Assembly (NCBI GenBank): GCA_963771355.1 | Contig: CAVYTA010000006.1 | Location: 2,016,001 to 2,080,000 of the forward strand | DNA: 64,000 nt | Direction: 5' to 3' | DNA from: an uncultured Candidatus Rokubacteria bacterium | Lineage (GTDB): Bacteria; Methylomirabilota; Methylomirabilia; Rokubacteriales; CSP1-6 | Shown here: in pieces, positions 36,169 through 45,224 of the stretch | Position numbering within the stretch: the first letter of the stretch is position 1 | Layout of the letters: the number at the start of each line of letters is the position of its first letter | Program-made: the position numbers and the translations under genes | The notes under the pieces: model-generated | The model's input: only the letters and a program-made list of their open reading frames with translations | What the model was told of the DNA's origin: nothing | Database searches by the model: none

Positions 36169-37866
36169 CTACTTGTCGAGCCAGACCCTGGTCATGTGGG
36201 GAGAGCCGTAGCCGTCGCTACGCCGGAGGGCGATGGCCGCCCCGTTGCGCATGTGCGGCTGGAACACCAGGAAGCCGTTGTCGTAGGGCATCCACAGCCG
36301 CGCCACCTGGTCGAACTCCCGATCCACGATCCTCTTCGTGATGGCCCGCTGCTCTTTTGGGTCGGGCGTTTGCCGGAGCTTGGTGGATAGCTCGTCGATC
36401 TGGGGATCATTGACGCGGAAGAAGTTCTTGGTGGACTTGGAGTGCATGTACTGGTAGGTCCGTTCGTCGATGCCTACTGCGTGGCCCGACTGGAACCCCC
36501 ACGACAGCCCTTCCCACTTCAAGTCGGCATAGCGGCCGTAGTAGGTCGTGTAGTCCATCTTGGTGATCTTGACGTCGATATTGAGGTTCTTCTTGAGATC
36601 GGACTGCACGAGCTGGACCTGGGACGTCATCTGCGGGAAGTACTCGTAGTAGAACAGCGTGGTCGAGAAGCCGTTGGGGTGTCCCGCCTCGGCAAGGAGC
36701 TTCTTCGCTTCCGCCGGCTTGTACTGCCACCACGGGCCGAACTGGGCCGCCGTCGGCGGCTTGTCCTGGTAGTAGATGTAGGGGACGCCCCAGCCCAGGA
36801 TGCCGTGGCCCTCGAACACGGTGTCCACCTGCTTCTGCCGGTCGATGGCCATGGCGATGGCGCGGCGCACCCGCACGTCGTTGAAGGGCGGCTTGTCCTG
36901 CGCCATCGCCACGCCGAACGGCGTCAGCGTGTTGTGATAGGACTGCGCGACGAGGTTGGGGTTGGTCTTGCGGAGCACCTCGACCTCGGAGGGGCTCGCC
37001 ACGTGGATGAAGTCGGCCTGGCCGGTGCGAAATGCCGCGGTGCGGGTGGCCGCGTCGGGCGTGGACAGGATGATGTACTCGTCCACGTACGGCCGGCCCT
37101 TGTCGAAGTAGTCGGGGTTGCGCGCCAGGAGGACGCGCACCTTGCGGGTGTGCTCCTTGAGGATGAAGGGCCCGGTGCCGATGAGGCGCTTCTTGAGGTC
37201 GCCGTCCTCCTCCAGCACCTCGCGGGAGAAGATCACCGCGATGGGCTCGGCCAGGGCCTGCGGCACGAATACGTTCGGGGTCTGCATGTGGAGTCGGACC
37301 GTATACTTGTCCGGCGTCTCGATCCCCTCGATCTCCTTGAAGTTGAACGTCTGCACGCCTTCCTTGGCATACGCCTCGAAGCAGTACTTGATGTCGGCGG
37401 AGGTGAGCTCGCGCCCGTTGAGCGGCGGCACGTTCTGCCACTTCACGCCCTGGCGCAGCTTGAAGGTCCAGATGCGGTGGTCCGGACTGGCCGACCACGA
37501 CTCCGCGAGGTCGCCCTTGAGCCCCATGTCGCCGGGGCCGCTGGCCTCGTCGGGGAAGGTGTATCGGACGAGGCGATTGCTGGTGAGGCCCGCGAACTGG
37601 TAGAGCCCAACCGACTGCGTCATCCGGGGATCGAGCATCGGCGGATCCCACGGGGACGCTCGCGTGAGCGTCCCGCCCCGCTTGGGTGGCTTGGTGCTGG
37701 CCGGAATCCATTCGGGATAGGATCCGGTTTGCGCCGCGGCGCGGCGGCGGGGAGCGGCCAGCGCGAGGGCACCCACTCCCACCCCGCTCCAGCCGGCGCG
37801 GCGGAGGAACTGCCGGCGACTTACCTGGCTCGAGTCAACCTTCTGACCCCGATTCTTGGTCGACAT
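36169..37866 (-). CDS. Tat-exported ABC substrate-binding protein, family 5
   Basis: SRRQFL Tat motif, DLAESW, FKLRQGVKW, IGTGPF, PFNDVRVRRA; GGAGGAG Shine-Dalgarno. Confidence 0.92.
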   Translation of the reverse strand: MSTKNRGQKVDSSQVSRRQFLRRAGWSGVGVGALALAAPRRRAAAQTGSYPEWIPASTKPPKRGGTLTRASPWDPPMLDPRMTQSVGLYQFAGLTSNRLVRYTFPDEASGPGDMGLKGDLAESWSASPDHRIWTFKLRQGVKWQNVPPLNGRELTSADIKYCFEAYAKEGVQTFNFKEIEGIETPDKYTVRLHMQTPNVFVPQALAEPIAVIFSREVLEEDGDLKKRLIGTGPFILKEHTRKVRVLLARNPDYFDKGRPYVDEYIILSTPDAATRTAAFRTGQADFIHVASPSEVEVLRKTNPNLVAQSYHNTLTPFGVAMAQDKPPFNDVRVRRAIAMAIDRQKQVDTVFEGHGILGWGVPYIYYQDKPPTAAQFGPWWQYKPAEAKKLLAEAGHPNGFSTTLFYYEYFPQMTSQVQLVQSDLKKNLNIDVKITKMDYTTYYGRYADLKWEGLSWGFQSGHAVGIDERTYQYMHSKSTKNFFRVNDPQIDELSTKLRQTPDPKEQRAITKRIVDREFDQVARLWMPYDNGFLVFQPHMRNGAAIALRRSDGYGSPHMTRVWLDK

Positions 37867-37995
37867 CCTGGCTCTCCTCCCTGATCCGGTCGCGAAGGGA
37901 GACGCACTGGGCGAAGCCACGCCGAGCGGACGGAGCGGACGGAACCAGCTTCAGGTCACGAGTCGCGGCGAAATTCCCATAGGCGTCCCACGTTG

Positions 37996-39396
37996 TCAAG
38001 CGGGCCGGTGCTCGTCGGCGGTGATGGCGTACTGACGCATCTTGGCGTGTAGCGTCTTGTAGTCGGTCTTGAGCAGGCGGGCCGCCGCGCTCTTGTTGCC
38101 CCGGCTCGCGCGCAGGGCCTCGCGGATGGCCTGCTGCTCGGCCTCGGCGGCGCCCAGCTCGGCCAGCTCGCGGAGGGACAGGCCGCCGGCGGACGAGCGC
38201 GGCGCGCCCGTCTCCGCGCGGCGCCCGCGCGGCCAGAGGTGATCGGGCTCCACCTCGTCCTCGCAGCGCACGACCGCGCGGCGGATCACGTCACGCAGCT
38301 CCCGCACGTTGCCGGGCCAGGCGTGGGCGAGGAGGAGCTGCCAGGCGGCCTCCGAGATGCCCCGCACCGGCCGGCCGCGCTCCATGGCGGTATCCTCGGC
38401 GAAGCGACGCGCCAGCACCATGATGTCCTCGCGCCGCGCGCGCAGCGGCGGCACCGTCACCCGCGTCTCGCCCAGGACCGCGGCCAGGTCCTGCCGGAGG
38501 CGCCCCGCGCGCACCTCGCTCTCGAAGGGAGCGCGCGCGGCCGCGATCACGCGCGCGGTCACCGGAAAGGCGTGGGAGCCGCCGCCCAGCGGTTGGGTCT
38601 GCCCTTCGCGCAGGGCCCGCAGCAGCCGCGTCTGGGCCGGCGCCGGCAGCGCGGTCAGCTCGTCGAGGAAAAGCGTGCCGCCGGCGGCCCGAGCCAGCAG
38701 CCCCTCGCGGCCCTCGGTGCCGCGCCCCGCGCCCGGGTCCCAGCCGAACAGCTCGGGCTCTGCCTGCGATTCCGCCGTCGCGGCGCAGTCGAGGGTGATG
38801 AAGGGCCGGCCGCGCCGCGGGCTCTCCTCGTGGATGACGCGCGCCACCAGCTCCTTGCCCGTCCCCGGCTCGCCCTCGATGGTGAGATGGTCCGACGACT
38901 CGGCGGCGGCGAGGCACTGGGCGATGAGTCGCGTCACTTCCGCGCTGGGCCCCATGAGGCGGCGCAGCGAGCCCACCGGGCCCGACTCGCGCTCGAGCTC
39001 CTCCACGCGCGCGACGAGGCGCCGCCGCTCCAGCGCGCGTTGCACGGTGAGAACGAGCTCGTCCTTCACGAAGGGCTTGGTCAGGTAGTCATAGGCCCCG
39101 AGGCGCATGGCCTCCACCGCCTTGGGGATCTCGACGTACGCGGTGAGGATGATGACGCTGGCGTCGGGGTCCACTCCGCGAATCTCCCCCAGCGACTCCA
39201 TGCCGCCCATGCGAGGCATGGCGAGATCGAGGAGCACGACCGAGGGCCGCTCCCGACGATACGCCTCGGCGGCGGCGGCGCCGTCCTCGACGCTGACCAC
39301 CCGCCACCCCTCCGCGGCGAAGATGTCCACGAGCAGCGAGCGCATCTCGGGCTCGTCGTCGACCACGAGGAGGGTGGTTCCGCGCGTATCCGGCAT
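37996..39396 (-). CDS. NtrC-family response regulator lacking the GAFTGA loop
   Basis: Receiver domain (LDLAMP), GEPGTGKE, FLDEL, WPGNVREL and HTH; loop 1 reads GAGRGT. Confidence 0.88.
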   Translation of the reverse strand: MPDTRGTTLLVVDDEPEMRSLLVDIFAAEGWRVVSVEDGAAAAEAYRRERPSVVLLDLAMPRMGGMESLGEIRGVDPDASVIILTAYVEIPKAVEAMRLGAYDYLTKPFVKDELVLTVQRALERRRLVARVEELERESGPVGSLRRLMGPSAEVTRLIAQCLAAAESSDHLTIEGEPGTGKELVARVIHEESPRRGRPFITLDCAATAESQAEPELFGWDPGAGRGTEGREGLLARAAGGTLFLDELTALPAPAQTRLLRALREGQTQPLGGGSHAFPVTARVIAAARAPFESEVRAGRLRQDLAAVLGETRVTVPPLRARREDIMVLARRFAEDTAMERGRPVRGISEAAWQLLLAHAWPGNVRELRDVIRRAVVRCEDEVEPDHLWPRGRRAETGAPRSSAGGLSLRELAELGAAEAEQQAIREALRASRGNKSAAARLLKTDYKTLHAKMRQYAITADEHRPA

Positions 39397-39454
39397 GGTC
39401 CGAGCGTACCGCGGCGGGGACGGGTGCGCGAGCCCGTCCCCGCCCCGGAGGACG

Positions 39455-41632
39455 TCAGGCCTTCTGCTGAATGGCGCGGAGGACGCGGTCGGGCTGCAGC
39501 GGCACCTGCCGGACCCGCGCGCCGGTGGCGGCGAAAATGGCGTTGGACAGCGCGGGCGCAATGGTGGTCGCGCCGGGCTCACCCACGCCGGTGGGATACT
39601 CGGTGCTCTGGACGACGTGTACCTCGACGACGTCGGGCAAGTCGCTCATGCGGAGGACCTGGTAGGTGTCGAAGTTCTTCTGCTCCAGCGCGCCCTTGGC
39701 GACGGTGCCCTTCTCCTTGAGCGAGCTGGAGAGGCCGAAGAGGAGCGAGCCTTCCACCTGGGAGCGGACGCCGTCGGGATTCACGACGATGCCGCAGTCC
39801 ACCGCGCAGATGATCTTCTCGACCTTGACATTGCCGGTGGCGGGCTCCACCCGCGCCTGGATGACGGTGGCGGTCCAGGTCGGGGTCTTCTTCTCCTGGG
39901 CGGACACGCAGGCGACTCCTCGGCCCACGTTCGCCGGCAGCGGCGTGCCCCAGCCCGACCGCTCCGCCACGACGCGCAGCACGTTGGCCAGCCGCGGCGC
40001 CCCGCCGAGCATGTCGAGCCGATACTTGACCGGATCGACTTTCGCGAGATTGGCCAGCTCGTCCATCATGGTCTCGACGGCGAAGAAGGTATAGTTCGGC
40101 GCCACCGCGCGCACGTAGCCCACCGAGATGCCCGTCTCCGCCCGCACCCCGCGCACCACCTGGTCGGGGATGTCGTAGACGTGGTCGGCCCCGTTGAGCG
40201 CGAAGTCGTCGAGGCCCTGCTTGTTGAGGAAGTCCGGACCCCAGCGGCCCCCGGGGTGTCCGGCCACCACGGTGGCGTCCCAGGAGATCACCTTGCCGGA
40301 GCCGTCGAGCCCGGCCTTGACGACCTGATAGGTGGCGGAGCGATACACATCCCTCTGGAGATCTTCTTCACGCGAGCGGATGAGCTTGATGGGTCGGCCC
40401 GCCTCGCGGGCGATGAGGGCCGCCTCGAGCATGATGTCGGGCTCGAGCCGCCGCCCGAACCCGCCCCCGAGATAGTGCTGGTGGATGCGGATATTGGCCG
40501 GCGGCACCTTGAGGGTGGCGGCCAGCAGCCCGACCGCCATGGTCTGGAACTGGCTGCCGGTGTAGAGATCGTAGACGCCGTTCTTCACGGAGGCGAGGCA
40601 GTTCATCGGCTCCATCTGCATGTGGGCGACGTAGTCGGTCATGAACGTCGCCTGGTGGGTGCGCGCGGGCTGGCCCGCCCCCGGGCTCCCGGCCTTGTGC
40701 CACTCGATGCCGGCCCCGGGATCGGCGGCCTTGCGCGCGTAGTCGGCGAAGATCGTCTCGGAGCTGACGTTGGCGTTCGGGCCCAGGTCCCAGGTGATCT
40801 TGAGCGCGTCACGCCCCTTCACCGCCGCCGAGTACGACGTCGCGACCACCGCCACCATGTCGGGCAGCCTCACCGTCTTCAGATAGCCCGGCACCTTCTT
40901 GGCGGCGCTGTCGTCCACCGCGGTGGGCTTGCCGCCCTCGCGGGTGGGCGGGTAGGCGATCTTGGCGTAGGCCATGCCGGGCAGGAACGTGTCGATGCCG
41001 AACTTGGCCCGCCCGTTGGTCTTCTCGGGTATATCGAGCCGCTGGATCCACTGCCCGATCACCTTGTACTCGGCGGGCTTCTTGAGCGTGATCTTCTTGA
41101 GGTCGTCCTCGGTGAACGTCTTGGTGATGGGCGTCTTGGCCACGATCTCGCCGTAGGTCAGGGTGCGGCCCGTGGGCAGGTGCCGCACCGCGCTCCTCGA
41201 GGCCGAACACTCGCTCGCCGGCACTTTCCACGAGCCGGCAGCGGCCTCGATCAGCGCCATTCGGGCGGCGGCGGCCCCGCGCGAGAGGCTGTCGAACGTC
41301 CAGTTGATACTCCAGCTTCCGCCCGTGAGCATGAGGCCGTACTTGGGATCGGCGACCGGGTAGTCGATCCGCATGTCTTTCCAGTCGGTTTCCAGCTCCT
41401 CGGCCACCACCTGGGCGAGCGCGGTACCCACTCCCTGCCCCATCTCCGCCTTCAGGACGTGGACGGTGACGAGCCCGTCCGGCGTGATGGTGATGAAGGC
41501 GTTGGGCTCGAACTTCGCGGCCGCCTCCACGATGCCGCCTCGCCCGGCGGGGATGGTGAAGTAGACGACGAGGCCGGCGCCCGCGGCCGCGCCGCTCTTG
41601 AGGAAGTCCCGGCGATCGAGGGGGGTGGTCAT
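39455..41632 (-). CDS. Xanthine-dehydrogenase-family molybdopterin subunit (IorB-like), Tat signal
   Basis: DRRDFLK, AEMGQG, TGGS, MEPMN, LGGGFGRR, GVGEPG. Confidence 0.92.
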   Translation of the reverse strand: MTTPLDRRDFLKSGAAAGAGLVVYFTIPAGRGGIVEAAAKFEPNAFITITPDGLVTVHVLKAEMGQGVGTALAQVVAEELETDWKDMRIDYPVADPKYGLMLTGGSWSINWTFDSLSRGAAAARMALIEAAAGSWKVPASECSASRSAVRHLPTGRTLTYGEIVAKTPITKTFTEDDLKKITLKKPAEYKVIGQWIQRLDIPEKTNGRAKFGIDTFLPGMAYAKIAYPPTREGGKPTAVDDSAAKKVPGYLKTVRLPDMVAVVATSYSAAVKGRDALKITWDLGPNANVSSETIFADYARKAADPGAGIEWHKAGSPGAGQPARTHQATFMTDYVAHMQMEPMNCLASVKNGVYDLYTGSQFQTMAVGLLAATLKVPPANIRIHQHYLGGGFGRRLEPDIMLEAALIAREAGRPIKLIRSREEDLQRDVYRSATYQVVKAGLDGSGKVISWDATVVAGHPGGRWGPDFLNKQGLDDFALNGADHVYDIPDQVVRGVRAETGISVGYVRAVAPNYTFFAVETMMDELANLAKVDPVKYRLDMLGGAPRLANVLRVVAERSGWGTPLPANVGRGVACVSAQEKKTPTWTATVIQARVEPATGNVKVEKIICAVDCGIVVNPDGVRSQVEGSLLFGLSSSLKEKGTVAKGALEQKNFDTYQVLRMSDLPDVVEVHVVQSTEYPTGVGEPGATTIAPALSNAIFAATGARVRQVPLQPDRVLRAIQQKA

Positions 41633-41634
41633 GG

Positions 41635-42090
41635 CTAGGCCCCTCCCTTCGCCGCGCGCCGGATCGCGCGCTTGATGCGGAGATAGGTGGCGCAGCGGCA
41701 GATATTGCCCGACATGTGGGCCACGATCTCGTCATCGCTGGGATTGGGGTTCTTGGCCAGCAGCGCGGCCGCCTGCATGATTTGACCCGACTGGCAGTAC
41801 CCGCACTGGGGCACCTGCTCGGCGATCCACGCCACCTGTAACGGGTGCTGGCCCTGGGGGTGCAGCCCCTCGATCGTCGTGATCTTCTTGCCCGTCGCCA
41901 CCGAGATCGGAATCTGGCAGGAGCGTACGGGGCTGCCGTCGAGATGCACGGTACAGGCTCCGCATTGCGCCAGCCCGCAGCCGAACTTGGTGCCGGTGAG
42001 CTGGAGGTGCTCGCGGATCACCCAGAGCAGCGGAGTGTCGGCGGGGACGTTGACGGTGTAGGGCTTCCCATTGACGGTCAGCGTGGCCAT
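41635..42090 (-). CDS. (2Fe-2S)-binding subunit (IorA-like)
   Basis: [29 protein letters not shown]. Confidence 0.95.
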   Translation of the reverse strand: MATLTVNGKPYTVNVPADTPLLWVIREHLQLTGTKFGCGLAQCGACTVHLDGSPVRSCQIPISVATGKKITTIEGLHPQGQHPLQVAWIAEQVPQCGYCQSGQIMQAAALLAKNPNPSDDEIVAHMSGNICRCATYLRIKRAIRRAAKGGA

Positions 42091-42145
42091 ATGCCCTCCC
42101 TGCGGCGATGGAGTGAGGGAACCGACCCGGGTGTTGACTGCGGCG

Positions 42146-42175
42146 ACTCTAGGCGCGGTCCACGCGCGCTGTCAA
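42146..42175 (-). promoter_or_regulatory. Sigma70 promoter for the iorAB-like operon
   Basis: TTGACA-18 nt-TAGAGT on the minus strand. Confidence 0.6.
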
Positions 42176-42195
42176 GGGCGGCGGAATCGCGCCGC

Positions 42196-43507
42196 CTAGA
42201 GGCTGCCGGCGATGAAGGCCACCGCCGCGGCGGTCATGACGCCGGTTGCGGTCCAGCCGAGCGCGGTGAGCCAGGGCCCGTTGACGTCGCTTGCCCATGA
42301 TGCGCGGGTTGCCGCCCACGAGCATCACGAGGAGGAGCAACGGCGGCGCGAGGAGCCCGTTGACCACGGCGGAGACGAAGAGGACGCGGACCGGGTTGTG
42401 CTGGAGCAGGGTCAGGACCATGCCGCCGAGGATGGAGGCCGCGATGACGATGTAGAAGCGCCGCGCGCGACGGGGCTTGAGCGAGAGTCCCGCGCGCCAG
42501 CCGAAGAGCTCGGCCACCGCGAAGGAGGCGGAGCCGGCGAGGACGGGAATGGCGAGGAGCCCCGTGCCGATCAGGCCAAGTGCGTAGAGCAGGTACGCAG
42601 CGTCCCCGGCGAGCGGCCGCAGCGCCTCCGCCGCCTGCCGTGCCGACTCGATCTCGCGGTGGCCGGCGCGGTGCAGCGTGGCCGCCGTGGCCAGGATGAT
42701 GAAGTACATGACGAGATTGGAAAAGAACATGCCGGTATTGACGTCGAAGCGCGGCGTCGGCGAGCTCGTGCGGGGTGGCGCCGCGCCGCTGCGAGAGCGC
42801 ATGCCGGCCGCGCGCCTTCTCCTCCTCCACCTCCTGCGAGGCCTGCCAGAAGAAGAGATACGGCGAGATGGTGGTGCCGAGGATCGCCACCAGGGTGGCG
42901 ATCGAGAGCGCGTCGAAGCGGAAGCCGCGGGACGAGCGTGGCGGCCAGGGCGGCGCCCCAGTCCGGGCGCGCCAGCACCGCGGCCACGATATAGGCGAAC
43001 AGGGTGGCGGTGAGCCACTTCAGCGCCCGCGCGAAGGCGACATAGCTCGCATAGACCACCACCAGCACGATGGACACGCCGAAGAGCGGGGACCCACACG
43101 AGTGCGCTCACGCCCGAGAGCATCTCGGCCGCCTCCGCCATGCCGCCCAGATCCGCGCTGATATTGAAGACGTTGGCGACCAGGAGCAGTAGGCAGGCGG
43201 CATAGAGGAGTGGGCGCGGATAGTGGCGCCGCAGCACCGCCGCCAGCCCCTGCCCGGTCACGAGCCCGATGCGCGCGCAGATGAGCTGGACGGCGGCCAT
43301 GAGCGGAAAGGTGGCGACCGCGGTCCACAGCATGCCGTAGCCGAGCGACGCGCCCGCCACCGAGTACGTCGTGATGCCGCTGGGATCATCGTCGGAGGCG
43401 CCGGTGACCAGCCCGGGCCCGAGTACGCGGAAGTAGCGGACGAGCGGATTGTGGGAATGGGGCTCGGGCGGACGCGCGGGGAGAAGGCCGTCCCCCGTGT
43501 CGCTCAC
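42196..43507 (-). pseudogene. Nramp-family divalent metal transporter with four +1 frameshifts (probably artefact)
   Basis: LGPGLVTGASDDDPSGITTY and ILGTTISPYLFFWQ; fragments continue in successive frames to a TAG at 42196. Confidence 0.85.
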
Positions 43508-44320
43508 CGCTTCTGGTACTCCGGCCGCCAGCGGAGGAGCCGCGCTTCGACCTGCCGGATGCCCAGCGCCATCACGATGCCGATGATCCCCAGTACCACC
43601 AGGGCCACCATCATGTCGGCGGCGTTCAGCGTGCCCAGGCTCTGGATGATGAGATAGCCGAGCCCACCTCCGGATTCACCGCCGATGAACTCACCCACCA
43701 CCACGCCGATGAGGGCGAAGGAGATGGAGGGCGTGAGCGAGGCGAAGGTCCAGGCCAGCGCGGAGGGCACGATGACGGACCACATGACCTGCCGCTCATT
43801 CGCGCCGAGGAAGCGGGCGGAGTGGATGAGGTCGGCGTCCACGCTCCGCGCGCCCTGGAAGGTGTTGAAGAAGACGATGAAGAACACGATGCTCCAGGCG
43901 AGCACCACCTTGGCGAGGAGGCCGAAGCCGAAGATCATGGTGATGAGGGGCACCAGCGCGATGCGCGGCAGCGAGTTGAAGGCCACGATGAAGGGGGAGC
44001 AGACGCGCGCCAGCCGCTCGCTCCGACCCAGCACCAGTCCCGCCACGAAGCCGGTGGTGATCCCCACCAGGAAGCCCCACAGGGTGGACTGTATGGTGGA
44101 CCACGCCATCGCCCAGATGCTCAGCCGCACCGAGCCGCCCCGCGAGGTGCAGGAAGCGCTCGACGATCTTCGACGGCCGGCTGATGAAGAAGGGGTCGAT
44201 CCAGTAGAGCCCGGGCGTCCGGGAGATCGCCTTGATCCCGGTGAGATACTCCCACGCGGCGACGGCCGCGACCAGGATCGCCACCTGCCAGGCGAGCATC
44301 CGCCAGCGGTCGGGGGTCAC
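43504..44320 (-). pseudogene. NitT/TauT-family ABC permease with one +1 frameshift near 44140 (probably artefact)
   Basis: PFFISRPS in one frame, then NSLPRIALVPL...ALIGVVVGEF in the next frame. Confidence 0.85.
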
Positions 44321-44438
44321 GGGCCGGCCTCGCTCCGCTCGGAAAGCATCACGTATCCGCTCGGCTCGCCTTCGGCTGCGGCTCGCCAAGCCACTACCGG
44401 CTCGCCTTCGGCTGCACCTCGCCAAGCACTGCCCTCAT
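44317..44438 (-). repeat. Dispersed intergenic repeat, copy 2 (two chained mini-ORFs)
   Basis: Same 22-nt and 15-nt blocks as 25464-25514, with an internal duplication of CTTGGCGAG..GCAGCCGAAGGCGAGCCG. Confidence 0.8.
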
Positions 44439-45220
44439 GCCCTCTCGAATTCCTCTCCCAAGGCGTGCCAGATCTCGCCGTACTCGCGGGAGTACTCCTC
44501 GGTCTCGCGGATGCGAATCACGTCGCGGGGGCGCGGGAGCTTGACGGCGTAGACGAGCTTGATGCGTCCCGGCCGGCGCGTCATCACCACCACCCGATCG
44601 GCCAGCGTGATGGCCTCGGAGAGGTCGTGGGTGACGAACACCACCGTCTGGCGCTTGGCTTCCCAGAGGGCGAGGAGCTCGGCATGGAGCGTGAGCTTGG
44701 TGTGAGTGTCGAGCGCGCCGAACGGCTCGTCCATGAGGAGGATCTCGGGGTCCGCCACCAGCGAGCGCATCAGGGCGACGCGCTGACGCATGCCCCCGGA
44801 GAGCGTGGCGGGGAAGGCCTCCTCGAAGCCCTGGAGCCCGGCCAGGGCGATCGCCTCCTTGACCCGCGCCGCGCGCTCGGCGGCCGGCATGCCCCGGTAC
44901 TCGAGGCTCAGGGCGATGTTGCGCTCGACGGTTCGCCAGGGAAAGACGGTGTCCTTCTGGAACACGTAGCCGACCTGGCGCGGAGCGCGCGTTGCCACCG
45001 GCTCGCCGTCGACCAGGATGCGGCCGCTGCTGGGCGCCACCAGGGCGCCGATCATGTTGAGGATGGTGGACTTGCCGCAGCCGGACGGGCCGACGATGGC
45101 CACGAACTCCTGATCGGTCACGTCGAACGACACCCCCGCCACCGCCGGGACTTCGCGGGCACCCGCGTCGAAGGTCTTGGCGAGGTCCCGGACGGCGATG
45201 CGAACGCGGGGAGCCGTCAC
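44435..45220 (-). CDS. NitT/TauT-family ABC ATP-binding protein
   Basis: GPSGCGKST, LSGGMRQR, LLMDEPFGALD, FVTHD. Confidence 0.95.
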   Translation of the reverse strand: MTAPRVRIAVRDLAKTFDAGAREVPAVAGVSFDVTDQEFVAIVGPSGCGKSTILNMIGALVAPSSGRILVDGEPVATRAPRQVGYVFQKDTVFPWRTVERNIALSLEYRGMPAAERAARVKEAIALAGLQGFEEAFPATLSGGMRQRVALMRSLVADPEILLMDEPFGALDTHTKLTLHAELLALWEAKRQTVVFVTHDLSEAITLADRVVVMTRRPGRIKLVYAVKLPRPRDVIRIRETEEYSREYGEIWHALGEEFERA

Positions 45221-45224
45221 CGTG

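Noticed and set aside
39107..41638. 843-aa plus-strand ORF
   Set aside because: Antisense shadow of the IorB-like gene.
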